Shown here piece by piece: positions 49,184-63,224 of a stretch of DNA of 64,000 nt; within the stretch, counting starts at the first letter, position 1; each line of letters starts with the position of its first letter. The stretch covers positions 1-64,000 of the forward strand of contig NW_025767332.1 of assembly GCF_003918875.1 (NCBI RefSeq), written 5' to 3'. Origin of the DNA: Haliotis rubra. Its lineage: Eukaryota. Made by a program: the position numbers and the translations under genes. The notes under the pieces were generated by a model. That model saw nothing but the letters and a program-made list of their open reading frames with translations. It ran no database searches and was not told the DNA's origin.

Positions 49184-51057
49184 CTACCTTTGACAAGTGA
49201 CCTAGTCGTGTTTAGAGCCATAAATAGCTTTTGCTTTGCTTCGACATGCCAGAAACCTATGATCGCGAGTCGAATCCCGCTTGACTCTGAGCATGTTTTC
49301 AGGAAGGTGTCCGTGTTAACCGTACAATATCTGCATTAATTTGGGTTTTCCTCCACCATTAAACAGACCGGGCACTGAAATGCTGTTCAAAGCAGCGTCA
49401 CACCAACTCACTCACAGAACTACATTCATGCTGGGTTTCTTCAAGTGAAAATTGGATATTACCAGCTACTTTGCATTGAAATGAAATTACTAAGTACTAT
49501 ATATAAACACATTAAAATCTACTTGAGAGCAACATAGAGATACAACTGCTTATGCAGACATAAAATATCAAATATTCCTAGTAAAATGCAAGGTGTCCTT
49601 ATAGATGTTTGCTTGTCTGTTGTTTCACAAAACGGTTGTTAAATGACTTGGTAGATATTAAGAAGACTTAAGTTCATCTTCATTTCCTTACTTGCGTCAC
49701 TTACGAAACGAAGCCATGTTGGCAAATGGGTACCGGTTATACATGGAGATATGATACAATGGATAATCGAGGGTGCAGCCAGTGCAACATCAGCAACTGA
49801 AAACCTTGAAACTCCATCACCCTCATGGGAACGTAAAACAACAACAATAATGTAATTCATACGAATATTCCCCGAATTCATTTGAATTCTGATTGCTGCA
49901 GTTTTATTCATATAATCACATTGATAGAGTACTTGTGATATTGATTTATTTACAAAACACGAATATAAAACATATAATCAGTCATCTGTTACGAACGATA
50001 ACCCCCAAGAGAACATACAGTAATTTAATATGCTTGGAGGTATTTACTGAGACCTATTGAATGAATGTGATAATGACTCAAATTGACCGTAAGTTTGTCA
50101 ATCGGTATTGATGACGGTGAGGTTCGCTGATATGGTATTAACGTTGCGTACATGATCATTGCTATTATATAGCGACGTCCATGCAAGCGTATGTACTTGT
50201 CAGGCCTGCCCCACTGAGATAAGGTGCCTCTGTGCCATAACACTATTAGTATATTTACTTAAGAAACCTTTTACAAAAATATGCATGAACATTTTCAATT
50301 ACTAGTAATTTACAACGGGTTGTTCCCCAAACCTCTGCCCATAACAATGTATAGGTACAATTGCTGTATCAAAGGCTTTAAGCATATTTGTACCTGAAAT
50401 GTCTCCAAATGTCTTTTGATGGTTATCCAAGGCTGTATCAAAGGCTTTAAGCATATTTTAAATATGAAATGTCTCCAAATGTCTTTTGATGGTTATCCAG
50501 TAACATACAGACCTTAGGAGCTTGTGGAGTAAACAACACTGTCTCTTGGTCCAAGAAAGTGTAGGTGTGAACAAAACCAAAATATATGAAAAATATCAAA
50601 GTCTTTTCTTTCCCCTTGAACTACCACCTAATGACGAAATGCCTTTACGGGATACCATTATTTTTTATTTGCTCAAATATATGTTCATACCAGTACTGTA
50701 TCTATCATTTTTCGTAACTGATCTGTAGTATAAGATACCCCTGAAACATCGTCTGCAAAAAAATAGTAGTCTGTCATACAGACCCTGAAACAAATATACC
50801 CAAGAAAGCCCATGCACTTCTGGAATATGTAGCAAGTCTCGATTTCCACAGTTGAAAATGAAGAAATGGCTGCTTTTCATTATATTTTATTATTTTTATT
50901 ACGAACTGCTTTTTCTGTAAAATATGTTCATTTCAGAGACTAGTTGTTAGTCTAAAACAGAGCTGCCGCACGAGGCAATTGTGATGACTATACCTTTCTG
51001 CCATTTTTAACAAAAATTCTAGATAACTGATTTATGAAAATGACAAATATCAACGGG

Positions 51058-52260
51058 TCAAAAGTAATTTGTTAGTCCATTTTCTGTTCGGACACAAACT
51101 GACACGTTTAAATACATTAACACTACAAAGTTCATAAATGCACCTCTCATCCCAATGTTAATTAGACTCTGGAACAAAACTTCAAGGTTAACGCTATCAA
51201 ATGCTTTTTGTAAAATCAATGAATATACAACAAAACGTTCCATTTGTTTTAGACAGAAATTTCTGTATCATAGCTTGCTACGATATATCTGATCTATAGC
51301 GGAACAATTTGACTTTAGTTTCATACAAATATAGTGTCACACCAAATTTTTAACTATGTGTCTTACACCAAGACTCTACGAGGGATATCCCTATATAGGT
51401 ATCAGGGACATGGATCTTGCCATTCTTGTGAAGCGGACAGTTTATACGTTTTCCCTCCTGTTTTGGAAATGTCCCCACGTCAAACATTTTATTGAATGTA
51501 ACACATGTTATATTTGGATTACCCTTTCCTAGTAAAGTACAGATTCTAGTACTTCTGTTGGGTTGAGTCCCATCCGGGATTCGAACCCACACCCTCAGAG
51601 TCAGGCTCCTAATGGCCAGCACACAAAGTCTAACCTAACCCGCTCAGCCACCGCGGCTTCCACTTTTACTAAGAAAGTGTAATCCCAAATATAACATGTG
51701 TTACATTTGACAACTTTCTAAATGGCAATGTGTATTCATTGTATTAAATTACACAGTTAAAGTAGAGGGTTATACAGTTCTTAGTTTCTTTCAGTAATTT
51801 TCTTTGGATTCCATCAGATCCAGGTGATTTGTCTGCTTTAGTCTTTTTACTAAATATGTTTCATCCTCTGACAAAGGTGTGTTTAGATCATTCACATCAC
51901 CGTCATCTATTATAGTGTTTGGTCTTGGTGTTCATCAAGCAATGTAGAATAGTTGAAGCTGACATCTTGAACAAATAGCAGTTGTGTACGCCACTGTGTT
52001 ATAGTTCCGGAAAATGTTTTTGGTTTTCTTGTTCGACTAATGGTTTTCGAGAATTATATGGGGTTATGTCTTGCAAGTCTTACCTAACATAACATAAACA
52101 GTTCCCGATAGCCTGGAAGCAATATATCTTTCGTGTCCACATAACAAAGCTTCTGATGTTTTTAAAGTAGACTGCCAAAGGAAATTTATTCGAACATTCC
52201 TCATTTATATTAATACGATTTTTGTGTATTTTAGCAATGGAAATTTAAAGTTAAAGTAGT
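51058..52260 (-). mobile_element. Degenerate non-LTR reverse transcriptase fragment interrupted by a family D element
   Basis: KSPGSDGI, FNKMFDVGTFP...PLHKNG...YIGISL, QKAFDSVN...LINIGMRG...MY...CVRTENGLTNYF. Confidence 0.75.
51499..51735 (-). mobile_element. Family D tRNA-headed element flanked by an inverted ~40-bp repeat
   Basis: Homologous to 22200-22365; 51499-51537 is the reverse complement of 51665-51703. Confidence 0.8.
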
Positions 52261-52419
52261 TCTAGATGCAGCTCAAAACCTCCATCACATTTACGGTCCA
52301 TGTGACGTCCAGTTGAAGTAGCTTCAGCTCGAGTCAAATGTACCGAGCCTGCTTGTGGTGTTGTTTCAGTGTGATGGAATTCCCAGCCTCACAGAGGTTG
52401 TTACCAGAGGTCTGAGTAA

Positions 52420-52742
52420 ACACCTTCACGCCATTAGAGTTCAGAAGGCGTTTCTCAGTTGGGTGGCCTTTACAAAGTGATGACGTCTTGGTGCAACCAG
52501 GACAACTTTGTATTCTTACGGTGAGGCAGAACGCTGTCGACCACCTGCATATACCAGAGGTGATTACAAACGGTCTGAGTACAGAACGTTAATCCGATAA
52601 GTGTCCATAGGCAATTCTGAGTTGGGTTGCCTGTACAAAGTGATGACGTCTTGGTGCAACCAGGACAACTTTGTATTCCTACGGTAAGGTAGAACGCTGT
52701 CGACCACCTGCATATACCTGAGGTGATTACAAACGGTCTGGT
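52420..52742. repeat. Tandem duplication of about 163 bp
   Basis: tacaaagtgatgacgtcttggtgcaaccaggac...gattacaaacggtctg occurs twice. Confidence 0.85.
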
Positions 52743-54553
52743 ATCGATTTCATGATACGCTGTCCCCCTTTGTCGGACACATGAGACGCTTGTAACGTGG
52801 CGTTGTGATGACATAGTTGTAAGGATGTCTGTTGATCGGTCCAACAACGTCTTTAACGCTGAGGGGATATAAGTGCATTCTGTTGTTCCAATCCTCACTG
52901 GCAGATGTAGCTGTGGTCTCTCATAATGATGTGCAATTCTGTCACAATACATCAACACATTTAATCCCAAGCACCACGGATGCATCGTACCGATCACTGC
53001 ATGCCTCTGACCGTCAATAACAATATTCTGCAGGCGTTAACCACTTATCGTGTACCTGAATGTTTCTATATTAAATCATTCGATGAGGTTTATAAAATCG
53101 AAAAATGATCCCTAGCCAGTTTTCTGTGGTATACCTCACAGGGGGTTGGCTAAACAAACTTAAAACTCCCCAGGAGTTAATAGATGTGAAGGTCAGTCAG
53201 TGACACGGTCGACTACATGTCATTGTGTCTCAATTGCATGTTTTTGACGCACATGTAAGAACGCTAAATCGCTTTACCGTTTCATTGTGATGACACAGTT
53301 AATTGCCCCAAGCCTGAATCGGCAGACTGGAATGAAATTACCACTTTTTTCATCGTTGAATAACTTACACTGTGGGGAGATGAGATAAAGCACTTCACAT
53401 AAAAGTGCCAAGGTATGCTTCATCTTAGTTTGGTTTTAGTGCTGAAATGGCTAATTTAATTTAACAACAGTTTACACTTTACATACACGTCTAAGGTCGG
53501 TCTTGTCTGACAGCGTCGGCTATTAAGTGAACGATTTCTGATTTCTCCTGAACCAAAAATGCGCTAGTGACCTGGCTAGGTTTGAAAAGAAACTGAGAAT
53601 CGTTTACACAGAAAATGGAGCCATTTTCTTGTCGGTACACTTTCCGCGGGAATCCGGTTAGAACAAGCAGCTTATTTCTGACGCTCCAATCATTCAGTGC
53701 TCTCTGTAGCCGGTTGCATCATTTGTGTTAAATTATGGATGAAAGTTAGGACTTACGGCTGTGTGTGGTGCTCTAGTTAAGTCCTCTTGGTGTTTTGTGT
53801 TTATTTGTTTTTCTTCTGATATTGCTTTTTGGTGTGTGTTTTTAAGAATCACATAAAATAAGGTCTTGGTCTGAAAAAACCTGGGTACATCGCATTACGG
53901 GTTATGTCAGAACCACCTTTCACTCGTCGAGACAGAGAGTCCCTCACCAGATCAGGAAAGCGACAGTCGGAATGTGTTTTCCTGACGAAATTTGGGAAAT
54001 GTATAGCAAGATACCCTCATTTAATTAATTAAATGTTAATGATATATATGATGTTACAACATCTTTAGTTAAAGGTAAGCCGTTTTAAGTAAGGCTGCCA
54101 TTAAATAATATGAAATGACAGTTTAAGGGATTAATGTATCCATTAGTTAATGAAGTTTTGAAATGACTGATTCTCGGTCAGTTTTCATTATTTACTTCTG
54201 TCCCAAACTAGATATTAAAACAAAATTGCACTTTAAAACAACTGCACAGGCTGCCATCTTTTTCGAGACTAAGGTAAAAATGGTTTCTCATTTATTAATG
54301 GAAAGAGGATACATCAACTGAGGATGTCTCTGAGATCTCAGAGAAATGTACATTACAATTTCTCAATTCTGACAATAACGTCTTCTTAATGTCCCTGCAA
54401 CCAGGTCGAAATCATATATCGAAAACATGCCGCTGCTCTATGACACCAACTGCAGCTTGAACTGAAACTGCCATACACCCTTATATATTTCAAAGGTGAG
54501 CTGAAAGCACATCTGATCCATAAATGTAGCAGTGCGTTTGTAAATAGTATATA

Positions 54554-56061
54554 TACTCTCCCAAAAAAGAAACGCATCATGAAAATAGCAATTCATGTAG
54601 CAATGAATTAAAACGTGATTCAGTTTACAAAAGGTTTTGCTCTGTTTATGAGTCCTATGGTGTTTTTGTTTTGAAACATCACAACAAAACGCACCATCCG
54701 TAAAATACCTGTATTTAACAGCATGATTTTCAATTTCGGCGTGTAGTGTCACAGAATACACAATTCACATGCAATACACGTGAAAGTTGGGAATCAGATA
54801 GTCTCAATGATGGGTATAAAAGGTTGATCGCTGTCTGTCGATTATTCACTGTATTTGGAATATTGTTGACGAAGCTCAAAAGGTTGACGTCTAAGTGAAG
54901 CCAACCGTCATATCGCCATTGGTTTGCTTGAAGCTGGCCAGTCTCAACGTGCAGTTGCCCGACGCATGAATGTTCACCAAAGCACCATTTCACGGCCCTG
55001 GGAGAGATATCGCCGGCAGAATTCGGTAGCAGATGCCCCTCGTAGTGGGCGACCTCGAGCGACCACTGCGGCGAAGAATCGCTACATCCGGGTACATCAC
55101 CTGCGTCATCGAACAGCTACGGCGACCAGTACCGCTCGACAAATACCCGGATTGAGGAGGCTTTCTGCACAGACCGTCAGGAACAGGTTGAGAGACCTTA
55201 TTTGGGCTCTGTGCTTCGACAACAACATCGTCGACATCGAGTTCAATGGTGCACCAACGTTCAGGCCTGGAACCTACCGAATTGGCGTAGAATCTGGTTC
55301 AATGATCAATCACGATTTCTATTGGAACGACGCGATGGAAGAATGCAGGTGTACAGACGTCGACGTGAACGTTTCGCCGACGCTTGCGTTCCCCAGGTGG
55401 ACAGATTCGGCGGAGCAATGTTATGATGTGGGGAGAGATCACCTGCCGTAGGAGAAGAGATTTGGTGATGATCCAGGGCAACCTGACAGCTCAAGGGTAC
55501 TGTGACGAAATCCTACGCCCACACCTCCTTCCAATCATTGATCGCCAGAGGGAGTTGTTTCAACAGGACAATGCCAGGCCCCACAAAGCACGTCACACTA
55601 GAGACTTCCTCTAGAACCACAACATCAATGTGCTCCCCTGGCCCTCAAGATCACCGGACTTAAACCCGATCGAACATCTGTGGGATGCCCTGGACAGACG
55701 GGTGCGACGCCGTAACCCTCAGCCCCAGACACTTCAGCAACTCGCACAGGCACTACAGGCAGAGTGGGCTGCGATTGGGCAATGCGAGATTCTGAGACTT
55801 ATTCGTTCGATGCCGAGGCGATGCCGTGCAGTTCTGGATGCCCACGGTGGTCACACGAGGTATTGACTTCAGCGCCACCACACGTCACCATGTGACACTC
55901 AAACTGACTTTCCTGGAGTTGGTGCCAAAGACGGATAAGTCTGCATTCCCAGTGTGCAATTTCGCTTTTTTTCCATTGACTCATAAAGCCTACAAGATGT
56001 TTCAAAATAAACATAACAATACAGTTGAAATTCCTATATGCGTTTCTTTTTTGGGAGAGTA
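54554..56061 (+). mobile_element. Full-length Tc1 transposon with inactivated transposase
   Basis: Perfect 24-bp TIRs tactctcccaaaaaagaaacgcat and TA TSD. Transposase about 54885-55866 has a lost start, two frameshifts and a TAG at 55612. Confidence 0.97.
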
Positions 56062-56496
56062 TATATCGTTAGATTTTAAAGAATCATCACATTAAACTTA
56101 CATAAAGTAAATTAATAACCTAAACCTAAATATTTAACATTTATTTTCACTAAATACAATACTGGTGTTAACTTCAGCACTTGCACAGACCTACTCATAG
56201 GTAAGCTTGCATAGTTCAGCCTTTTCATTGTATATAAGTTCGAGGCTATTGTCACTCGGTCAGTAACAAGCTTGGCCTGTGAGTAGGGTCTTATTGTTGT
56301 CTGAGTGCACATGACCATTTCACTCATGTAGACACACTGGTCTAAATTTTTCGAACACCAACAACCCCCACACACACACACACACACACACACACCACCA
56401 CCACCACCACACACCTACCCACCCGCCCACACACACACACTTTCAAAATTCCTGGATCCGCCCATGTATGCAGATTAAGCCTTGTTGTTATATATA

Positions 56497-58012
56497 CACT
56501 CTCTCAAAAAAGAAACGCAACCCCTGGTTTTTTTGGTAATGTTTATATCAATTTTAACTGGTTATTACATTTGTATTTTTAAAGATAATGCCATGAAATT
56601 TGACATGGTGAACCTTAGGTCAGCACGGTATAAGGTAACAGTTAATGCAGGTCAGTATCGAACTCTCAATTTACGCTAGGGGGGCGTTGTCTTCAGTATC
56701 TCGTTGTAGAGCCACGAGCTCTAATCACAGCAGTGCACCTCCTCGGAACAGAACGAATCAGACGGCGGATGTTTTCCTGGGGGATTGCTCTCCACTCTTC
56801 CTGGAGTGCTGCGGCCAGTTCAACCAACGTGTGCAGTTGTGGTGTACATGCACGAACACGACGATCCAGCTGGTCCCACAGATGTTCGATAGGATTGATG
56901 TCTGGCGATCTGGAGGGCCACGGCATCACGTTGACGTTTGAATTCTGTAGGAATGCCACTGTTGCACGAGCTGTATGAGGGCGGGCATTGTCATGTTGAA
57001 ACAACTCCCTCTGTTGGTCGATTATCGGCAGAAGATGTGGCTGTAAGACGTCATCAATGTACCGTTGTGCCGTCAAATTGCCACGAATGATGACCAAGTC
57101 TGACCGTTGGTTGTAAGACATGGCTCCCCATACCATGATGCTTCCTCCTCCAAATCTGTCGACCTGTCGAACGCAGTTCGGTGCAAAACGTTCATTTGCT
57201 CGTCTATAGACACGTTGTCTACCGTCACGTCGTTGAAGAAGAAAACGAGACTCGTCACTAAACCAGACTCTTCTCCAGTTTCTTAGGGTCCATCTCCTTA
57301 CGTTAGTACACCACCTGAGACGTTGGCGTCGATGTTGGCGTTTCAAGACGGGCCCAACAACTGGTCTTCTTGCACGTAAACGGTTCCTGATGGTTTGGGC
57401 CGATACTCTCCTCAAACCTGGCACCTGTGTTGCAGTGATGGTGGGTGTGGCATGCCGATTACGTAGGTGGCTGAGTCGAATAAAGCGATCCTGAGCCGGT
57501 GTGGTGATCCTAGGTCTACCGCTCCTGGGACGATCTTCAATTGCATGGAACTGTGTGTAACGATTCCAAAGTCGTGAGATTGTTGTTTTGTGTACGTTTA
57601 GATGACGGGCAACTGTTCCAAAGCTTTCCCCGGCCTCAATGCGACCAATGGCAATATTTCGATTTGCTGTACTCAAACGGGGCATTTTCGAACTTGATTT
57701 GCAGAGCAAATTATGAGAGAAAAATTACAAACTACGCGTGCTTTTAAAACCCTCTACATGAACTGTGTTTTCAACGATTTGCACGTGCAACAGGCTTTTA
57801 GCATTTTGTACATGACAATTTCGCACTTTCTCAAATAACACGGATACAAAGGTCATCATGTGTGAAAATGGTTCCGTTTGGGAGCTTATACTGATCAGAT
57901 GGGAACGTATTAACAGTATTTTGAAGAAAATTCTAATTTACATTCACCATCTTTATTCTAGAAATGATGTCAGATATTTAGATAGGGGTTGCGTTTCTTT
58001 TTTGAGAGAGTG
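56497..58012 (-). mobile_element. Full-length Tc1 transposon
   Basis: Perfect 29-bp TIRs cactctctcaaaaaagaaacgcaacccct, TA TSD, open transposase ORF. Confidence 0.98.
56693..57685 (-). CDS. Tc1 DD34E transposase, 330 aa
   Basis: MPRLS start, HTH with GRPR, WFSDESRF, FQHDNA, SPDINPIEHLW; 34 residues between the second D and the E. Confidence 0.95.
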   Translation of the reverse strand: MPRLSTANRNIAIGRIEAGESFGTVARHLNVHKTTISRLWNRYTQFHAIEDRPRSGRPRITTPAQDRFIRLSHLRNRHATPTITATQVPGLRRVSAQTIRNRLRARRPVVGPVLKRQHRRQRLRWCTNVRRWTLRNWRRVWFSDESRFLLQRRDGRQRVYRRANERFAPNCVRQVDRFGGGSIMVWGAMSYNQRSDLVIIRGNLTAQRYIDDVLQPHLLPIIDQQRELFQHDNARPHTARATVAFLQNSNVNVMPWPSRSPDINPIEHLWDQLDRRVRACTPQLHTLVELAAALQEEWRAIPQENIRRLIRSVPRRCTAVIRARGSTTRY

Positions 58013-58225
58013 TAGTATTTTAGCTAGCATTGCATTATTATATTGTAATGTAGTCTTATTAAACTTTTTACTTGTGTATTTGACAGGTATACGCCAAGGT
58101 ACATTATAGAATATATATATACATTTTGTATATATAAATGGATAGGAAATATCCTATGTAGTATGAATGTATAGTATTTAGGAAATGTATAATGCATGTA
58201 TTGTGTACACGCTAACATAAATGTA

Positions 58226-59545
58226 GTGAGTGAGTTGGGTTTTAAGCCGCTTTTAGCAATATTCCAGCAATATCACGGTGTGGTGTACCCATGTGGTGAA
58301 TCGAACCCGGGTTTTCGGCGTGACGAGCGAACGCTTTAACCACTAGGCTACCCCACCGCCCTAACATAACTGTAACTATTATATATTTATATATAGTATA
58401 TCTATTTTGGCAGGGCTAATCACTGTACATCTCAGAGGCATTCACGCCTGCGTCCCTGAGACGAGGTAATCTGTTTATGTTTAATTGCATATGCGTGAAT
58501 ATAAAGTGTAATATGTTTGATCTAAAGGAATTTCTTAAAGCTTATATAGAAATGATCTGTAAATCTTAAAAGTATTATAAGGAATATTGTTATCGTGTGT
58601 CTGTGTACTGCCTATTTCCATGATGTTTACGACTGAATTATGTATGTTTTAGGGCAGATCTTGACTACTATTCCTTTCCAATAAATCCCTGGAACCCAAC
58701 AAGTACTCCCTTGTCAGAGAGCCGCTGTTACATAAATACTACTGCCAGTCATGAACTGTTCTTTCATATCACGCTAAATATTATTGGCTATGAAGCGCTA
58801 CTCAGACTGACTGACTGACTGAGTTTAGTTTTACGCCGCTTTTAGCAATATTCCAGCATCATCACGGCGGGGGACACCTGAAATGGGCTTCACACATTGT
58901 ACCCATGTGGGGAATCGAACCCGGGTCTTCGGCGTGACGAGCCAACGCTTTAACCACTAGGCTACCCCACCGCCCTAACATAACTGTAACTATTATATAT
59001 TTATATATATTCACGCCTGCGTCCCTGAGACGAGGTAATCTGTTTATGTTTAATTGCATATGCGTGAATATAAAGTGTAATATGTTTGATCTAAAGGAAT
59101 TTCTTAAAGCTTATATAGAAATGATCTGTAAATCTTAAAAGTATTATAAGGAATATTGTTATCGTGTGTCTGTGTACTGCCTATTTCCATGATGTTTACG
59201 ACTGAATTATGTATGTTTTAGGGCAGATCTTGACTACTATTCCTTTCCAATAAATCCCTGGAACCCAACAAGTACTCCCTTGTCAGAGAGCCGCTGTTAC
59301 ATAAATACTACTGCCAGTCATGAACTGTTCTTTCATATCACGCTAAATATTATTGGCTATGAAGCGCTACGCAGACTGACTGACTGACTGAGTTTAGTTT
59401 TACGCCGCTTTTAGCAATATTCCAGCATCATCACGGCGGGGGACACCTGAAATGGGCTTCACACATTGTACCCATGTGGGGAATCGAACCCGGGTCTTCG
59501 GCGTGACGAGCCAACGCTTTAACCACTAGGCTACCCCACCGCCCC
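58226..59545 (-). repeat. Three family A SINEs (58226-58361, 58806-58975, 59375-59545) bracketing a tandem duplication
   Basis: 58362-58805 is repeated at 58976-59374 (second copy has a deletion of about 45 bp). Confidence 0.95.
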
Positions 59546-59572
59546 GCTACTCAGAGCATCCACTGGAAAGAT

Positions 59573-59785
59573 GCGTGAAGATCCGGGTTAGAATTGATCT
59601 TCAGTAACCCATGTTTGTCGTAAGAGGCGACTAACGGGATCGGGTGGTCAGGCTCGCTGACTTGGTTGACACATGTCTTCGGTTCCCAAGCGCAGATCGA
59701 TGCTCATGCTGTTGATCACTGGATTGTCAGGTCAAGACCCGAGTATTTACAGACCGTGCGGCGTAAAACTAAACTAACTCCTTCA
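59573..59785 (+). mobile_element. SINE family B
   Basis: Consensus match. Confidence 0.9.
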
Positions 59786-59790
59786 CTCCA

Positions 59791-59988
59791 ATGGAAAGTT
59801 TTCCGCCCATAACCCCCGGGTTTTTTTAAAATTCTATGCCTAAAAATAGATGGTTTTTTATAAAAAGCCTACCCTAACCCTTAACCTAACATAATGCTGA
59901 ATCTAAACCCCTAAACCCTAACCCCTATAAATAATTACAACAAGTAGAATGCATTTCAAGCGGGGCTTACCGGCGGAACTCTTACCCA
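59791..59988. mobile_element. Degenerate MITE with internal ccctaa-like motifs
   Basis: Imperfect TIRs ggaaagttttccgcccataaccccc / ggggcttaccggcggaactcttaccc. Confidence 0.45.
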
Positions 59989-60677
59989 TCCACTTGTAAC
60001 TGGGATTATGCGCAACACTGAAAAGACCCTGTTTAGATCAACAAATCTAACCACGTCCCTTGTCCTATAATTTTGACGCATTTCGACCAAGACACGTTTA
60101 GGGTTGGGCTTAACATCTAAACGTGTTTACGGTCGAGATGTACGAAAAACCCTAACCCAAGTTCATTGGAAACGATGATAGAATGTAGGTTAGGCAAGGG
60201 CCTGTAAATGTGATTTGCGGATCTAAGTTCAATTGATGAATACATGATTAAACATATGTTATACATCCTATACATGGCTGACTCAATGCCAAATGAAATG
60301 CATTTATTTATATATGTTTAGATTTTAAGCGTGTTTAGACTATTATGATAATACTGACAATATCAGGCACGTATAAATATTTGTATATTATGGGTATTTT
60401 GTGAATAGATGGAAAACGATACTTCATTGCGTCTGTAAATGTGTATTCCGTTTGGGATTTAGACACATTCCTAAACATTTTAGATATAAACATGTAAAAC
60501 ATTTTCACATCGTAGAAAGGTATTCATTGTCTATAATTACGCGCACGAAATAAAATAAAGTGACAATTATAAAGTTTCTTTGTACGAGGTGTTTGTTTTA
60601 CATCAACACACCTGTTATTCCTTTGTTCATAACACTTATGCACTGGTGTTCTGCTTTCATAGCTTTCTTTCTGAGGA

Positions 60678-60985
60678 GGACCGCCTCAATGGTGTAGTGG
60701 TTAGAGCGTCCGGCCGGAGAGCGGAAGGTCGCGGGTTCGATCCCCGGCCGCGTTGGTCACTGTTTGGCTCTCGGCATCAATGGGTACAGCAAGGACAGGC
60801 TGGATCGGAGTCAATATGATGTATGGGGTATTCATGCTTAACTGCGGCATAGTATCTCAGTGACCATGCACTATAAAAAACAGCTTAAGTCTGGGCTTGT
60901 ACAAACAGCCACACATACACACGCATGCACGTCCTTATATGAGCGGAATATTCTTAAGTACGACGTTAAACCCAAGTTTACTTCG
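60678..60985 (+). mobile_element. SINE family C (Meta/MESC-like)
   Basis: gaccgcctcaatggtgtagtggttagagcgtccg head, core, cgacgttaaaccc tail. Confidence 0.85.
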
Positions 60986-61064
60986 CCTTTCTTAGAATAT
61001 TTGGAGATGCCAAGATTATGACAATCAAGCGTATGTCATACAACAATATTGACCATATTGACGG

Positions 61065-61700
61065 GGACTACATTACGGAACAGTGTTATTACAACCTACT
61101 GGAGCATGTTACAATTAAGAATGTCTTTACAGCAATTCTTTGCAGATTAATATGTTTACTGTGATATTATTACAAATTCTTCAGTTTGTAAACATTTACA
61201 ATGATAGTATTACAATTCTTCTCAAAATTAACATTTCACAAAATTGTTATTATATAAAACTCTTCGGAGATTGAATCATTTGACAACTTTTTATATGTAT
61301 ATTTTATTTATCATCTTCCCAGATAAAAACATTTTAAAGGTCTATATTACAATTCTTCGCAGATTATAACATTGTATGAAAGTTGTTATTGCCGCTCCTA
61401 CATTTTACAAAGATTGTATTACAGCTTTTCCCGAGATTATCACATTTTAAGTTCTAACGACAATTCTTTTCTGATTATTACATCTTACAATGGTATGATT
61501 ACAAATATTCGTAAATGTGACATATTGTATCTTATTACAATTCCTCGCAGATTGAAACTTTATAATGATGTTATCATACCTTTCACAGATATTATTTAAC
61601 AACGGCATTTACAATTCCGCCTTAAACATATATAATAAACTAACGGGCAAAAGAAACGTTACCAAGTTAAAATCACTGATATTACAAAACTTGCACATGC
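61065..61700. repeat. Old, degenerate AT-rich ~40-bp tandem repeat
   Basis: Recurring tattacaattctt...cagatt...cattt motif. Confidence 0.65.
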
Positions 61701-63224
61701 ATGTTGCCCATACACCTGTTATTAAAATTCACTTTCCTTTTCACAATGGTGATTTATCTTTTTGTAATATCAATGATTTCGACTTGGCATTGCCCGTTAG
61801 TTTTTTTTAAACTTCGCACTGTTGACTTTATTTAAAATGAGTTGATTTAAAGGTTTGAAAGATAAGTAATCGGTCATTTTGATGACAGGATACGCTGTTC
61901 TCTCGACTCGTCCAAACTATTGGTGATCTCCCGGTACACCAGTCCTCTCTACTCGAAATGACAAACGTACACGTATGTAAATGTCACTGCAGCTCAAGGA
62001 TATGACACAAAACATTTTGAGTGATTATCGTGTGTTAAAATTTTGCGTATTTAATAAAATGTTAAAATAGTTCATCACATTACTAAATACAAATTTAAAA
62101 GTTTACCTTACCTGTTCCACCATGTGCCTTCTCCCTTAGAAACAACACAATGACAGTAACCGACCGCGTTTTGTTTTCTCAGGTGAGACTACAGCGTGAC
62201 AATCTCACCTGTCAACTTAATTACAGGTAATAGCTGTAATGATCGCCGGCAATTTTCTCTACCATTTACGTTTCCACTACCAAGGGTTCAGCGCGACCAA
62301 CTAGATAGCATCAGTTCACCACAACCCGGCGTCCTGATCATCAGCCGTGGTTGGTTCCATGATTTACCATATCGATCAGAGTCTTGTAGTTCCTCCTATA
62401 ACGTTACAGGAATCGCGATGCCAACCATTCCATTGTCAAACACATTGATGCATTGCAATAAAAGTGCCTTAAAACAGTTTTAAAGTGAGTGTGTCATTGT
62501 TAGATCCATTTCTGACTAGGTGATGGATCACACGACCACACAAGTGATCAAAGGTTGAAGAAGTCGCAGAGTTGTTTCCCTCGGGGTGTTGGTGGGCGCA
62601 CCTGATGGTGTAGACGCAGATCGATAGCGAGGATGTTTTTGTTGTAAGTGCTCCGTGGTGAAGTAGACAACGCTGCATTGTCCTTGTTCCACATTGAGAA
62701 CACATTATGTGGATCAAATATCAAATTGGTGCATTGTCTTGATAACTATGATCATATACATTAATAGAGTGAGTGAGTTTAGTTTTACGCCGCTTTTAGC
62801 AATATTCCACGGGTCTTCGGCGTAACGAACGAACATCTTAACTACTAGGCTACTCCATCACCCCTCATTCATAGACAGTTACAAGTAAATCATTAGGTTC
62901 CCAACTCCCAAACTCAGGTTAAATGTTTGTCCCAAGTTCCTGCAGGTGAAAAGAATCGCTGATTGTGTGTGTGTGTCCGTCTGTGCGTGTGCGTGGTGAT
63001 AGTCTCATGTGTTGGAAGAACAGATACCTTAAACCATTTTTGGGGGGAACTAAAGTGTATTACCTTGTTTCTGTAAAGATTCACAAGAAGTTCGTAACAC
63101 TGTCTTTTGATGGTAATTAGCTTTCAGGAATCTAATACTACCTAATTAAAGCAGTGGTGTTGAAGGTACTATATTGATATGTGTTTGGAATTTTGAATTT
63201 ACTAAAACAATTATAGACTAACAG

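Noticed and set aside
52470-52997. 175-aa ORF or a very old Tc1 remnant
   Set aside because: It spans a tandem duplication, has no recognisable motifs, and the Tc1 similarity is too weak to support.
59865-59930. Interstitial telomere
   Set aside because: Only a few degenerate ccctaa motifs inside a MITE-like element.
62196-62717. Possible exon(s) near a ttttctcag acceptor at about 62180
   Set aside because: No consistent open frame or recognisable domain on either strand.
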